DNA of 64,000 nt from Nageia nagi (Eukaryota > Plantae > Pinophyta), in NCBI GenBank assembly GCA_050084985.1, contig JBITNC010000001.1:116188001-116252000 (forward strand). The letters are read 5' to 3'. Below the pieces are notes generated by a model. The model made no database searches. It was not told where the DNA came from and saw only the letters and a program-made list of their open reading frames with translations. Each line of letters starts with the position of its first letter. Position 1 is the stretch's first letter. The position numbers and the translations under genes are program-made. Positions 1 to 13,482 of the stretch are shown here, piece by piece.

Positions 1-329
1 CTTGAGAGTTTTCAACTACTCATTCCTGTCAACTCCCTCTTTGTTGGTTGAGTTGGTCATGTGTCTACCTTGCTGCAACATGTGTCCCATGTTCCATTCT
101 CAATACAAGAGATACAAACTATGTAATGGCCTACTACAATTGTTCATCCCATAGATCAATTGGTCTCGAGTGGACAATAATACGACCTCTCAAATACATG
201 TATGCACACCATGAGACAACAACCAAAAATATTGATGTTATATGCAATAGATTAAGTTACAACCATAATATTTTTTCTATTGTTTTATACTTGTATAGTT
301 CAAATTAAATTTTGAGATTGATGTTCATA

Positions 330-3300
330 AATGATTAAAAAAAAATGGTCAATGGGATTGAAGAGAAATAAATATAATAAGAGCAAGGGAGTGCTTCATG
401 CAGCTCCGATGATGAGTGTGAAGTAGATAAAAATGATTGTCAAAATATAACAAGTCTAAGTGAGGCAAAAAACCTACATATGGAGAGTCAAGGGTTTTCT
501 TAGCATTTGAGGTCAAAAAGAAATTCCTAATGTTACAACTAGAAGAAGTAACCCTAGTGGATCTAGCAATGATGCATTGATGGGTAATTTGTCCATAGTC
601 TTCAGGGTTCATATGGTGCTTCTAATTTGTACCTTCTTGTGGTTAAAAATAAGATGTGATAAGTCTAGAACTTGTTGCATTGCAAGATTAATCAGCAATC
701 ACTTTCTATTTGAGATGAATAGCTTCTTTGATATAAAGTGCAACTCATTTTTGGTCTTCGTAATTTATCCATAATTTCAAAGAGTAGGCAACTCTAAATA
801 AGCAATTAAATTGACAAATTTGAGAGTAGATGGAGAAAATAGATATAAATTCTTCTTAGTCTGTAATTCCATGATAAATAGTTTGAATATATGTTGGTCT
901 CTATAGATATGGTGGTCTATCTTGATACGAAGTTGGTGTGAGCAAACCCTTATCTGGTCAAGGGGGAAACAGATACCATGAGATAAGTATAACTTGGTAT
1001 AATCAAGGATGGCAGTAACACCATTCTCTAGTTTTATGTAAACATGAAGATAATTTAAGAACTTTGATGAAGTTTTTTCAGTTTAATCCAAGTTGTCCTT
1101 AGGTACATCAAGTAGATTTCCTTCCTTATTCTTTTGTTGATAGCTTTAGTAAAAGGATTAGAGGTTTTATCTAGGAGCTTAGAGGGAGGTAGTCATTTGA
1201 TCTCTAGGCTTGTTAGTACCAATACTAATGAATTCCTTTACTTGTAAGTTGCATGGAATATTTGAGCATTAAGAGAAGGTATCTTTTCTAGTCAAGAGCT
1301 ATTGAAATCATGTGATGGATCATATTTAGAAGCCCTATGACATGGAATACTGTAAGAGCCAACATGAAGTATATATCAAATTCATCCAATATGATAGACT
1401 AATGGATAGTTCTTTTGTTCTAAAAGGAAGTTGAAAGCATATTAGCCAAAATACACTTGGTGCAGGTCAAATTAGAGTGGCTCAAGCTAGGTCCCTAAAC
1501 ATCACATCCATAAAGTAGGATAAAAGATACAAAATCATGGAAGAGTTTAATTTTTATCATGATATCCTAGAGCTAGAGTTGAAATGTTATCTCTCAAGTG
1601 TGAATATAGTTTCAACATAACCTTTATTCAATTTATTCTAGGAGGCTAGGACCAAGCTAAAAGTAGGACCTTTGAAGAGCACACCTAGATAGCTATAAGA
1701 AGTGACTTACTCAATAGATTTTTCTTGGAAAGTTGGGTGAATTTTAGAAGCATCTACTTTTGGCATGTTGAAGGACATCACCTTTATCTTTTTAAGATTA
1801 ACTTTGATACCATGTGTATCATAATAGATCCTCGAAGTGTCAACATGAAGTTGGACCTTGACTAATGTATAAGATAACAAAATGATTTCATCAAAAAATA
1901 ATAAAATTAAGGCAATAGAATCATACAGGAAATATCCCATGTTTGAGCCTAAGGTGTTTGAGATCAATTATTGAAGTTCATCAATATAGAGCCCAAATAG
2001 AGTAGGTGAGGGGGGACCAACCTTGTTTTACACTAATAGAGCAATGCACCCTATCAAATAAGTGAGAACCAAATTAGACTTGGCCCACTACTTATTCATA
2101 TAATGTAATGATGATGGATCCCTAGGATTTAAAATCTCTATAATAGAAGATATCTAAGGATAATATCAAAGGCTTTATAGAATTCAACAAAGAAACAATA
2201 AACCATCCATTTGTTTTCTCAAGCTTCTTCAATGATATCTTATGAAGTGCGGATATGATTAACAATGCAGTATCTTCTACAATATCTAGCTTGACTAGGT
2301 GCATGGAGATTATGCATTTTAGCAAAGCTAGATATGAACACATCAAGAGTTATAATAGATATATTTTTTAGGGTGTGGAAACTATAATCATTCTATAGTT
2401 TCTAGGGTCGAGGGGTTCATCGAATTTATAAATGGGATAAATGATATTAAAGGACCAAGAAGAAGGAAACCTATGAGAAAATACATAGTTGAATATTTTA
2501 GTAATATGGACAACCAAAACTATAGGAATATGTTTGAGGAATTTAATACTTAGATTTTCAAGGTCAACAACTTTACTAGTTTGAAGTTTTCAGATAGCTT
2601 GTGGAACCATTTTATCAGTGAAGAAATTATAAGGATGAGGTTGAGGGTTGGGGATAATGGATGGTTGATTTAGGATGTTGTAAAGGGTAGAAGCATAGGT
2701 GGACTAGATAGATAAATCAATGATAGAGCCTAGGAAAGACTTACAAAGAAAGAGATGTCAAAAGCACTTAGTATTCATCTTCAACATATTGATGATTTTT
2801 AATCTTTTCGTAGCAATATATCACCTATTCTTATCTTTAAGGAGGTTATGGTAACTTTTTTTGGCTTCTTTAGCCATAGAGGGTCATGTTGCATAATAAA
2901 GTGGGTGATTTTATGTAGGGTCTTGCATTCATAATTAAACCATAAGTTGTGGATATAATAGCCATGGTAAGGGGAAGGTGTAATAATGGTATGAGCAAAG
3001 GATTCAATAGAGTCTAGCCAAATTAGAGAAAAGGTTTTCCTAGAAAATGGGATCTTGTTTATAGTAGAAGTTGGTGAGATATTTATTTAAGATTTATGTG
3101 TTGATGTGGTTAATATTATGATCAAAGTGGTTATGGGGGATGGTAAGATAGAGAGAGGGGGTGTGAGTGGGGAGGTGTGTGGCAATTTTAAGGATAAGGT
3201 TGAGATAAGCATGATTAGATAGGTATGGAGTATCAAAGATAGTAAAATCAATTAAAAAAAATTGAAGGAGAGATTAGCTAAAGTCTAATCAACAAGAAGA
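330..3300 (-). mobile_element. Degenerate non-LTR retrotransposon (LINE) ORF2, endonuclease end + reverse transcriptase
   Basis: Minus-strand motifs: LSNHA (SDH-like endonuclease end, ~3220), KQGxPxSPTLFGLYIDEL (~2030-1975), LLFFDEIILLS (YADD box), KVNLKKIKVM, YLGV (~1690). Many stops. Confidence 0.85.
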
Positions 3301-4399
3301 ATATTATACAAGATTTTTCATATAAAAAAGGAATGTGGAGAATATGTTTTAGCAAATAAATTGATATAAAATTTATATCTATAAGGACACTCGACCTTAT
3401 ATTGCACATCTTGTTCAACAAGTATATCATTTCCATGATTTAGAATACATGGATACCATTTCTTCCTACGTTCATCCTACATAAAATTGGAGAGTTTGTC
3501 AACTATACTTTACAACTCTTTTTGTTGATCTTTAAAAATATTATTCTTAATTAATGTTACATTATCTAACATTTCAACTCTAAACAACTCACATCTAAAT
3601 ATTTAAAATGCAAAATGTTAAGAATATGTAAGAACATACCTTACTTTGAATAGTCTTCATAGTTCAATTGTTACCTAATTGCAACTTGTTACACTAAAAT
3701 TCCTTACTCTTTATTTTTGATCCTCTTCTCTCCTATATAAAAATTCAAATTTTATATTTTATTTAATTATGTAGAAATGATAAGTATTTTTGTTTTTAGT
3801 TCCATTCTAATTTTACACATCATGCTTCTATTTTTATTTAATGAAATTAAGATGTTATTTAAAGAATGCATACAACATATATATAAAGATAAATAATATC
3901 ATATAAAATACATGTAATTAATTACATCCAAAATTAACCACTTGGATGCTCTTGCATTTTGATGGGTAAATTGTTCAAATTCAACTTTCTTAACATTTCA
4001 AAAATACAAGGTTTTTTATATATCCACTATTAGTGATCACCTTGTAATATTTTAAACCAACCCTACACTAAGTCTAAAGATCCTCTTTCATATCAAATGT
4101 TATTCTTTTTTGGAATTCAACAAGGTTTAACCATAGATTGGTTACCATATGTACTTTGTATAAGAATAGATCTATAGTATTTCTTTCTTCCTTCTTTAGT
4201 TTATTTTGATCACTCAAAATACCTATTTCCAAGCTTTCCTTAAGAAAATAAGCTTCTTAAAAGGAATAGCCTCTACCAACATGACCTCTCCCTCTATTAG
4301 TGCTCCCTCTTTCTCTATAAGGTATTGCTCCATTATTTTATGGTTACCCTATTAAGTTTCCACATGTATCATGTACCTTAAAATTTCTAGATTATGAGC

Positions 4400-4600
4400 T
4401 ACATCAAATACATATGGGAGATGTCCATCTTATGGGAGATATAAAAAACCCAATTTGCTTGGGTATTTCAATACCAATTATGAAGATTATAAGTCTACTT
4501 TAGGGTATATATTTACTTTTGATAGTGGTCCAATCGCATAAATGAGCAAGAAGAAAAATATAGCGTCCAAGTCTTCTATAGATGTTAATTATTAGGCTTG
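4400..4600 (+). mobile_element. Ty1/Copia RNase H remnant
   Basis: Reads EDYKSTLGYIFTFDSGPIA*MSKKK..SS (cf. DRKSTSGYxFxxGSGAISWxSKKQ). Second copy at ~14840-15040. Confidence 0.65.
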
Positions 4601-4629
4601 ACTATGTAAAGCATCGAAAATATCAACCT

Positions 4630-5610
4630 ATCAAGGGTATTCATAATTATTATCAAAGAAGAGATATGAAAGAAGTTGTAGGCAACCTCCCCATTTTTAC
4701 CTATGAAGAACTCCACCATGCCACAAATTACTTCCATGAGAACAACGAGCTCAGAGACGGTAGCTTCAGTATGGTCTATCTAGGAAATCTCAAGGATAAT
4801 TGGATTGTGGGTGTAAAGAGGCTCTATCAGCAAAATTCCATAAGAATGGAACAAATTCATTAATGAAATCAAATCCTATCTTGTCTCCATCATCCAAACC
4901 TTGTCCATCTCTATAGTTGTTCTTGCCCACAACATCCAATACTTCTCTTTGTGTATGAGTTCATACCAAATGAAACCCTATCCAACCATCTCCATGATAG
5001 AAGAAGAACCCTCAAGGATTTACAATGGGAAATTCACTTGAATATTACCTTGTAAATAGCTAAAGCTTTGTCCTTCCTTCACATGATGAATCCTCCAATA
5101 TTTCACAAAGATGTGAAGTCCTCAAACATTCTGTTAAATAAAAATTTTAGGACAAAGGTTATAGATTTTGGACTCTTGAGGCTGGTCCCTATGAATGTCT
5201 CATATCTCACAACTGTACCCTAAGGGTCCCCCAACTATCTCGATTCAAAGTACCATCGATGCTTTCAACTCATAGAAAATTTTGACATCTACATGTTTGA
5301 GGTTGTGTTGGTGGAGCTCATTTATGCTAAATTAGCAATCAACATAATGTGAAATAAGAGTGAGATAGGCCTTGCCTACATGGCCATAGAGAAGATTAGA
5401 ATATGAGTTCTGAATGATTTGGTGGATCCGTATTTGAAGATAGAGATCGATCATGAGGTGAAGGTCATGGTTTCTACAATTGCTAAATTGGCATTTGGAT
5501 GCCTCGCAAGAGATAGCCACCTAATACCAAACATGAAATAAGTTGTAGAGTGACTTGAGGATATCAATCTATGCTACCAAAGAAGTGAAAAGGACCAACA
5601 AAGTTCAACC
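4630..5610 (+). pseudogene. Receptor-like kinase pseudogene, kinase domain only (LRK10L-1/WAK-like)
   Basis: LPIFTYEELHHATNYF..ELRDGSFSMVYLG..VKRLY; HPNLVHLY; VYEFIPNETLSNHLH; [15 protein letters not shown]; DFGLLRL; *GSPNYLDSKY; LVDPYL; LAFGCL. One frameshift near 4870 and several stops; no introns, no ectodomain. Confidence 0.9.
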
Positions 5611-5669
5611 ATGGCCCCAAATAATAGTTTATGAAATCTTGAGTCAGCTTTTTCTAAATAATTTTGCAT

Positions 5670-5765
5670 TATTTGTTTTAGGGAGAGTTTTTGAACTTAG
5701 GGTCTCTTTTTTTTTCAACTTGAGAGTTTTCAACTACTCATTCCTATCAACTCCTCTTTGTTGGT
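5670..5765 (-). mobile_element. SINE-like copy (same family as 43650-43797; partial copy also at 1-45)
   Basis: 'gggagagtttttgaactt...cttgagagttttcaactactc...caactcc' aligns with 'ggggagagttgaatctt...cttgagagttttcaactaaccc...caacttcc' at 43722-43790. Confidence 0.45.
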
Positions 5766-7927
5766 TGATTTGGTCACATATTGACCTTATTGTGACCTCT
5801 GTCCTACATTCCATTCCTAGCACAAGACATACAAGTTGTATAATGGCCTACTACAGTTGTTCATCCCATAGATCAATTGATCTAGAGTGGATGTTAATAT
5901 AAGTTACCTAACATGATTGCATAATTTTGCATCATTCTTACCCTTCAAAAAAATGAATAACTAATCATTTTGGAAAGAATAATTAAGTGTATTCGGCCTC
6001 TCAAACCCATGTATGCACACCATAAGACAACCACCAAAAATATCGATGATATATGCAATGGATTAAGTTACAATCATAATTTGTTTTTTGATTATTTCAT
6101 ACTTATATAATTCAAATTCAAATTTGATATTGATGTTCATAAGGGATAAAAAAAATTATCAATGGGATTGAAGAGAAATATATATAATAAGAGCAAGGGA
6201 GTGTTTCAAGTAGCTTCGATGAAGAGTGAGAAGTAGATAAAAATAAGAGTCAAAATATAACAAGTCTAAGTGAGGTAGAAAGCCTACATATGAAGAGTCA
6301 AGGGGCTCTGTCAGCATTTGAAGTAAAAAAGAAACACCTAATGATACAACTAGAGGAAGTAACCCTAGTAGGTTTAGTAGTGATGCATTTATGGGTAATT
6401 TGTCCATAGTCTTCATAGTTAATATGGTGCTTCTAATTTGTACCTTCTTGTGGATGAAATTAGGATGTGATAATTCTAGAACTTATTTTTTAGGATCAAT
6501 CAATGACCACTTTTTGTTTAAGGTAGATGACTTCTTTGATATAGAGTGCAACTCATTTTTTATCTTCGTAATTTATCCATGATTTCAAAGTATGGGTACC
6601 TCTGAATAAGTAATGGAAATGGCCTCAAATTTCATCGTAGATGAAGAAAATAAATATAAAATTTTTCTTAGACTCTAATTCCATAACAAATAGTTTGCAT
6701 ATATGTTGCTCTCTACATATATGATGGTCTATCTTAATGCAAAGCTGATTTGAGCAAACCTTTATCTAGCAAAGAGGGAAACAAAGACCATGAGATGAGT
6801 ATAGCTTGGTATAATCAATGATGGCAATATCTCCATTCTCTAGTTTCATGTAAACGTGGAGCTAATGCAAGAACTTTGGTGAAGTTTTTTCAATTCAATC
6901 CAAGTTCTCAAGTTAGGTAAGTTAAGTAGAATCACTTCCTTATTCTTTTGTTGATATCTTTAGTAAAAGGATTAGAGGTTTTATCTAGGAGCTTAGAATG
7001 AGGTAATCACTCAGTGTCTAGGCCTATGGATCCTAAGAGAGAGGTGGCTTCTTAGTACCAATACTAAATAATGACTTACATTTTAAGTTGGATTGAATAT
7101 TTGAGCATTAAGAGAAGGTATCTCTTAGAGTTAAAAGCTATTGAAATCATGTGATGGATCATATTTGAAAGCCTGATGATATGGAATACTATAAGAGAAA
7201 ACATGGACTATGTATCAAATTCAATCAAGATGATAGAATGACATATAATTATTTTAGGCTGAATGGATCTTTAAAGCATATTAGCCAAAAAAATCTCAAT
7301 GTGAGTCCAAATATAATGGCTAAAGCTAGGTCCCTAAACATCACATCTATAAAGTAGGATCAAAGAGATAAAAGCATGAAAGAGCTTAATTTTTGTCATG
7401 ATATCTTGGAGCTAGTGTTGAAAATATTATCTCACAAGTATGATAGATACAACATAGACTTTATTCAATTTGTTCTTGAAGGCTAGGACCAAGTTGAAAG
7501 TAGGACCTTTGAATAGCACACCTAGATAGTTATAAGAAGTTGAAAGTAGGAACTTTGTGGAATAGATACCCAAGTTAGTGAGAGAGATTAGGAAAGACTT
7601 AGGGAGAAAGAGGTATCAAAATCACTTAGTATTCATCTCCAACATATTGATGATTTTCAATCTTTTTATAAAAACATATTATTTATTCTTATTTTTAAGG
7701 AGGTTATGGTAAGTTATTTTGGCTTCTTTAGCCATAGAGGAGTTGTTGTTCATAGTAAAGTGGGTGAGTTTATGGAGGGTCTTGCATTCATCATCAACCC
7801 CATAAGTTATGGATGCAATAGCCATGGAAAGGGTAAGGTTTATTAATGGTATGAGTAAAGGATTCAATGGGGTCTAACCAAAGGAGTGTAGAGAAAAGCT
7901 TTTCCTATAAGATGGGATCTTGTATAT

Positions 7928-10900
7928 TATAAGAATCCAAATTAGAAATTTCAACACAATAAACCGTAATGTATGGTCTAGGGCATCCAAACAATGGATT
8001 CATAACCTAAATATGCCAACATCTGGCTTACACATGCAAGAATAGATAATCAATCCACAATATTACAATAATGAAGTATACACATAAATGATATGGGATT
8101 TGAATGTACATAGGTTGTATATATGATATGAAATGAATAGCAATATAGTACCAAGCTTCTAGAATTGGATGATGACCACCAAGGAATCAACTAGGGCACA
8201 ATGTGTATCCTCAAATTGGATAGATGGATGGGATAGTCTTGTTCCCTCAAAACCCAAATCTTCTCCATTGAAGGAGCCCTGCTCTAATCTTGAAAACCAT
8301 TGAAGGTAGAAGTGCAACCTTGAAATACCATCAAATGGGAAAGGGTGTTACACCAATGTCATAAACTAATAGGATCCCTTAACTTGATAGCCCTCCTAGA
8401 TATTGCACCTAGGGTATTTCTTAACACTGCTAAGTCTTCTTGTCCTCTGGATGGTATAAGTGTAATAATAATCAAGCATATATAGTTATGAGGCTCCAAT
8501 GTCCTTTAATAACACTTGGATGTATCTGGATCTTACCTAAGAATCATTCCTATTTCATCTATTCTAATGTTAGCCTCTTAGAGGGTCCATAATGCCTAAC
8601 GTTGGTGCATAAGGGTCAAGCATGCTAACATGGGGGTCCTAAGTGTCATAAGTTCCAATGTGGGGATCTAGAATTCCATGCATGACTAAAGTGGGACTAG
8701 GAGCCATGCGTGGGGAATAGGTGTCATCATGGGCTAACATGGGGATCTAGGAGTCTCCCCAAGGCTAGTGCATATATACAAATGCTCATCCATCCATCTA
8801 AGAGCTAAATAGACCTTAGGATTCCCATAATCATGATTAGGATCTCTAAGTACATTAAAATACCTATTCTATTCTTGGGAGGAAGATGTCCCACTTAGGG
8901 CTCACAGTTGGGTCTATTAATACATTAAGTCTTCCATCCCAAGTATTAATTTAAAGTAAAATGCAATAATAAATATATTACAAAAGAGACATTACAAAGC
9001 CTCCCTCTCGAGATTACTTGCCCTCAAGCAATTATAATACAATCCAAGGTACCAAATCTACCTCAAAGAATAGAATCCATCATTCTTAAGTGAAGAAATA
9101 ATATCTACTATGCATTCAACCAATTAAGCCTTAAGAATGTGCACAACAACCCTCAAAACTGAACTAGTATACTCAAAGTGAGGTAAAGCCAACACCTCCA
9201 CATGTATGTCAACATCTATTATGTAAGTAACTAATAATCTATGAGGGTATGAAAGCTTCCTCATGTACTCAAGGTCACCAAATAGATATGAAAAACCAAA
9301 AATCCCCCTACATCCCAATGTTATCCATGATGAGCACAAAATCAAGCATAAACTTGGCGTGGAAATCCCCCCAACCATTGCTAATTTTTCCTCATGTAAC
9401 ATAGTCTTCAAATCATGTAGTGTGAAGCAAGAATGTGGTCTAATGAATATCCACTCAGTAGTAAACATTTTCCTCCAAAAATCAACAAGTGTGTGACACT
9501 CAAGTCTGAAATGAAAATCATCATACAATGGCCCAAAATCAATCCTTAAGAGACATCAGAGTGTATGCATGTGGAAGTCTTTAAAAGAATGTACATGCAC
9601 AAACCTCAAGTAAATCATATGTGAGTATAAATAGGTGGATCCTTTGCTCCATAACTAACTCCAAGCCTTTCCCAAGCTCAAAATGAGAAGCCAACACTTC
9701 ATCAACCCAATCATTGGGTGTCCAAGTCTCATTAACCCCACCATGGAGTGCTTAAACTCTTCCATGTACCAAAATCCTTCAAGCTCCCATGGGAGGTGTA
9801 GAAGTCTCCCTGATTCCAATGTGGGGTGTAAGAGCTCCTCCAATCCCAATGTCTAGGCCCCAACCTCCTCCATGTCCTGTGTGAGGGGTAGAAGCTCCCT
9901 TAAATCCAACTTTAGGTTGTAATCCTCCTCAAGGCCCAATGTGAGGTATCTATCCTTATCAAGGCTCAACGTACGATGCAAGAGATCCTCTAAGCTCAAT
10001 GTGTAATATCTAACCTTTACTAAGTGTATATCAGTACCAAATTCATGAATAAAGAGTACAACAATAAACTCATTATTAAGTGTATTTCCCTTGAAATGTC
10101 TAGTCTTTGATGTCCTTAAAAGTGTTTTTCAAATAGCCAAGAATGTAACCCTATCAATCATGAAGGATGCAACCCAAAATGTTGACAACAATAGAAACAT
10201 TTCAGTCCTAACTACCTCCATGATAATTATATCCAAAGATAAGGATTTGGTCCCCTAAATTGACAAACACTCAACCCATATTAAGCAGAAAATGGTAGCA
10301 ATCTTACTAATCTTCAAAATACCATTAATTGTTATGTTATTACAAAAATTAGTGAGTGTAAAACTTCAAATAGGTATGTTGGGGTAGTAGTTGTACAACT
10401 AAATATGGGTGCTCAAAGCATGAGGATCATAAGTGTACAAAGTGTCCCAACTAGTCTTCCATATTCCCCTACTAATTGCTTCCCTTGAAATATACCAACT
10501 CAGCTCAAAGAAAGCTGAAATCATATCTAAATATTTCCCTTTTAAATCAGCCCATACCAAGCATAAAGATGAAGAGTAAAACCTCCTATTAGTGCATGAG
10601 TTATTCTCATATATCATAGCCTTTTGGAGTAGCAAAGTAACTTCTGAAATGACATGATTCCTTACGCCAAGCAATGATGAATTTTCAATAATATAATGAC
10701 CATAAAAATTAACAATTGTACCTTCCTTTTCTTGATGTTTTGGCTACAAATAAACATGCCATGAGAAAGTATGATGCACTTCTCATTTTCAACTCCTTCA
10801 AGAGAAGATATGGATTCTTGTGAACACACAAATAACTAAACTGAGCTAAAATAAGTGAGGTCATTACCCCATGTCATGTGCCAAAGATCCAAGTGGTTAC

Positions 10901-13482
10901 AAGGACCATCAAGTTCTTCATCATAGGATGAAAATATTTTTCCTTTATCCTCTAAGGTTGATTTGGAAACCTTCATGCTTTCATTTTCATTCCCCATGAT
11001 TACCTCTAACCTTCTTAGTCTTGTATTATTTGCTAACACATCTAGATCCTATGGAGCTAGAATATTATTGCAATTCACATGAAGAATTGATTCTTTCCAC
11101 ATATCACACCATGAAACCAAAGATATAAAACTAGTATATGCATACTCATAAGCTGATTGAAAAATTTCAATATTCATATGAATGTCAAGCTTCTTATTCT
11201 TCACTACATTCTCAACAAATAGGGGTATTTGCATTTATAAGAAAATATCTTGTAGCTCTACTTATCATACCTCATGTGGTGATATAATGATTTTTTATTT
11301 TCCAAGATCTAAAATAGTATTCTCTTCTTTGCAATATTTATCTTCCTCCATGTTAGATTCAAAGACATCTTCACTTTCCTTAATACTATTTTTGAAAACT
11401 AAATCTAAAACAATAATGGCTCTTTTCTCTTTCTCCCCAATATTATTACTCTCAACAATACCATGTAAAATTTATGAATTTTTGTCCTAGAAATTAGAAT
11501 TGCTTTCATACCTTTTTGGGGTGTCAACATGGTTGATCAAAGATTCATCCTTTTTCCAATTCTCCTTGTCTAACCTTGGGTGCATAAGCTCCTTGGTGTT
11601 CAATGGGGGATGCTAAACCTCTTCTTAGTTCAACATTAGGTGCCCAGCCTTTTTTATGTCCACCTTGGGGTGCCATACTTCCTCTTTGCCCAATGTATGA
11701 TGTCCAGACTCCTCCTGATGGTCCAAATATAGATATTAGTGTTTTAGTTGACTCTACCCCTCCAACACTGGATTTTTTTCATGCCACCACTCCATATCCT
11801 AAAAGATCCTAGTATAGCTGAAAGGTGATATCTCTCTATAACTTTTTGGTGGTTCCTCAATAGAGGAGCAAGATTTCAATTTTTGACAGAGTCTTGTGTG
11901 GAGGCACAAATATGAGCTACCATGTTTGCCTTCTCTTCTTGCACATCTTCTCCTCATATCATTCCCCTAGAAACCATAAGAGCCTCTCCCTTTCTTCCAG
12001 AGGGATCTTGTTGCCTTTAAATTCTTGGAGTAACTAGTGGAAAACTACCTCTCCAAATTTTAACATTTTCACCTTGAATATATATTTAGTTGAAATTTCT
12101 CTTTCCATTAGTGTTAATTCTGATTTCTTTATCCAAAATACATATATAGTTAAAGCTTTAAAATAACCCCAACATAAAATCTAAAATATTCTAACTAGTC
12201 AGGATAATAGATCAGGACATTTTATACCTGGAAATGACCTACATATCTAAAAATACATTTTTCAAACCCTAGACAACTTAGTAAAGGAATTTAGAATTTT
12301 CTAAAAAACTATCATTTTTACCCTAAAATTGGCCTTTTAAGTGTAGGACCTCTTGATCTACTAGTTCAATTTGCTTCTAGATGGATATTAACTTCACATA
12401 TTGGCAAGATCCAAGCTCTGATACCACTATAAGGATCCAAATACAACTCAAGTATAAATTAGCAAGTTCAACATAATAAACCCTAACATCTATTCTAGGG
12501 CATCTAAACAATGGATTCACAACCCAAATATTCTAATGTCTAGCTTACACATGTAAGAATAGATAATCAATCCATAAAGTTGCAATAATGAATCATACAC
12601 ATAAATCATATGAGATCTAAATGCCCATAGGCTATATATATGATATGAAATGAATACCAATACAACACCAAGCTCCAAGAGCTGGATGTTGGCCACCATG
12701 GATCCAACTAGGGCATAATGTGTATCCTCAAACTAAATGGAAAGATGGGACATTTTTGCTCCCTCAAAACCTAAATCTTCTCCATCGAAGGAGCCCTCCT
12801 TTGATCTTAGGAACCACTAAAGGTAGAATTGCAACCTTGGAATACCATCGAATGGAAAAGGGTGTTGCACCAATATCATAGACTAACAAGATCCCTCAGG
12901 TTGATAGCCTTCCTAGAAGGTGTACCTAGGGGATTAATTAGCACCACTATGTATTCTTATCCTCTAGATGGTATAAGTGTAATAATAATTAAGCATATAT
13001 AATAAGGAGGCTCCAATGTCCTTTTATAACACTTGGCTAGATCTGGATCTTACCTAGGAATGATTCCCAGCTCCTCTAATCCAACATTAGCCTCTTAGAG
13101 GGTCCATAATGCCCAATGTGGGTGCTTAGGGATCAAGCATGCCAACGTGGAAATCTAGAGTTCCACACATGCCTAAAATGGGCCTAGGATCCATGCAAGG
13201 GGGCTAGGTATCACCATGGTCCAATGTGGAGGTCTAGGAATCTCCATAATGTTGGCACATATTTAAGTTGCTCATCCATCCATCTAAGAGCTAAATAGAC
13301 CTTGGTATTCCCATAATTATGATCAGGATCTCTAAGTACATTAAAATACCTATTCTATGCTTGGGAGGAAGATGTCCCACTTGGGGCTTACAATGGGTTC
13401 CATTGACCCATTAAGTCTTCTATCCCAAGTATTAACTTAAAGTACAATTCAATAATAAATATATTACAAAAGGGACATTACA
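7928..13482 (-). mobile_element. Full-length non-autonomous LTR retrotransposon (LARD-like, Gypsy-derived)
   Basis: LTRs 7928-8996 and 12428-13482; TSD TATAT (7923-7927 / 13483-13487); perfect tRNA-Met PBS TGGTATCAGAGC on minus (12415-12426); PPT GAGAGGGAGGCTT on minus (8997-9009); ~3.4 kb interior with no RT/RNase H/integrase core motifs seen. Confidence 0.9.
12415..12426 (-). promoter_or_regulatory. Primer-binding site (tRNAi-Met)
   Basis: gctctgatacca = reverse complement of TGGTATCAGAGC, 1 nt from the LTR edge. Confidence 0.9.

Larger units (their letters stand above)
1..4600 (+). repeat. Tandem segmental duplication, unit 1 (left end beyond window)
   Basis: Position 1 'cttgagagttttcaactactcattcc' recurs at 5719; colinear similarity continues through the LINE and the Copia RNase H remnant to ~4600 vs ~15040. 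Confidence 0.9.

Noticed and set aside
48-6582. Paired ORFs 48-308/5555-5902, 349-612/6159-6416, 577-774/6391-6582
   Set aside because: Off-frame or antisense readings of the duplicated LINE region; no protein motifs.
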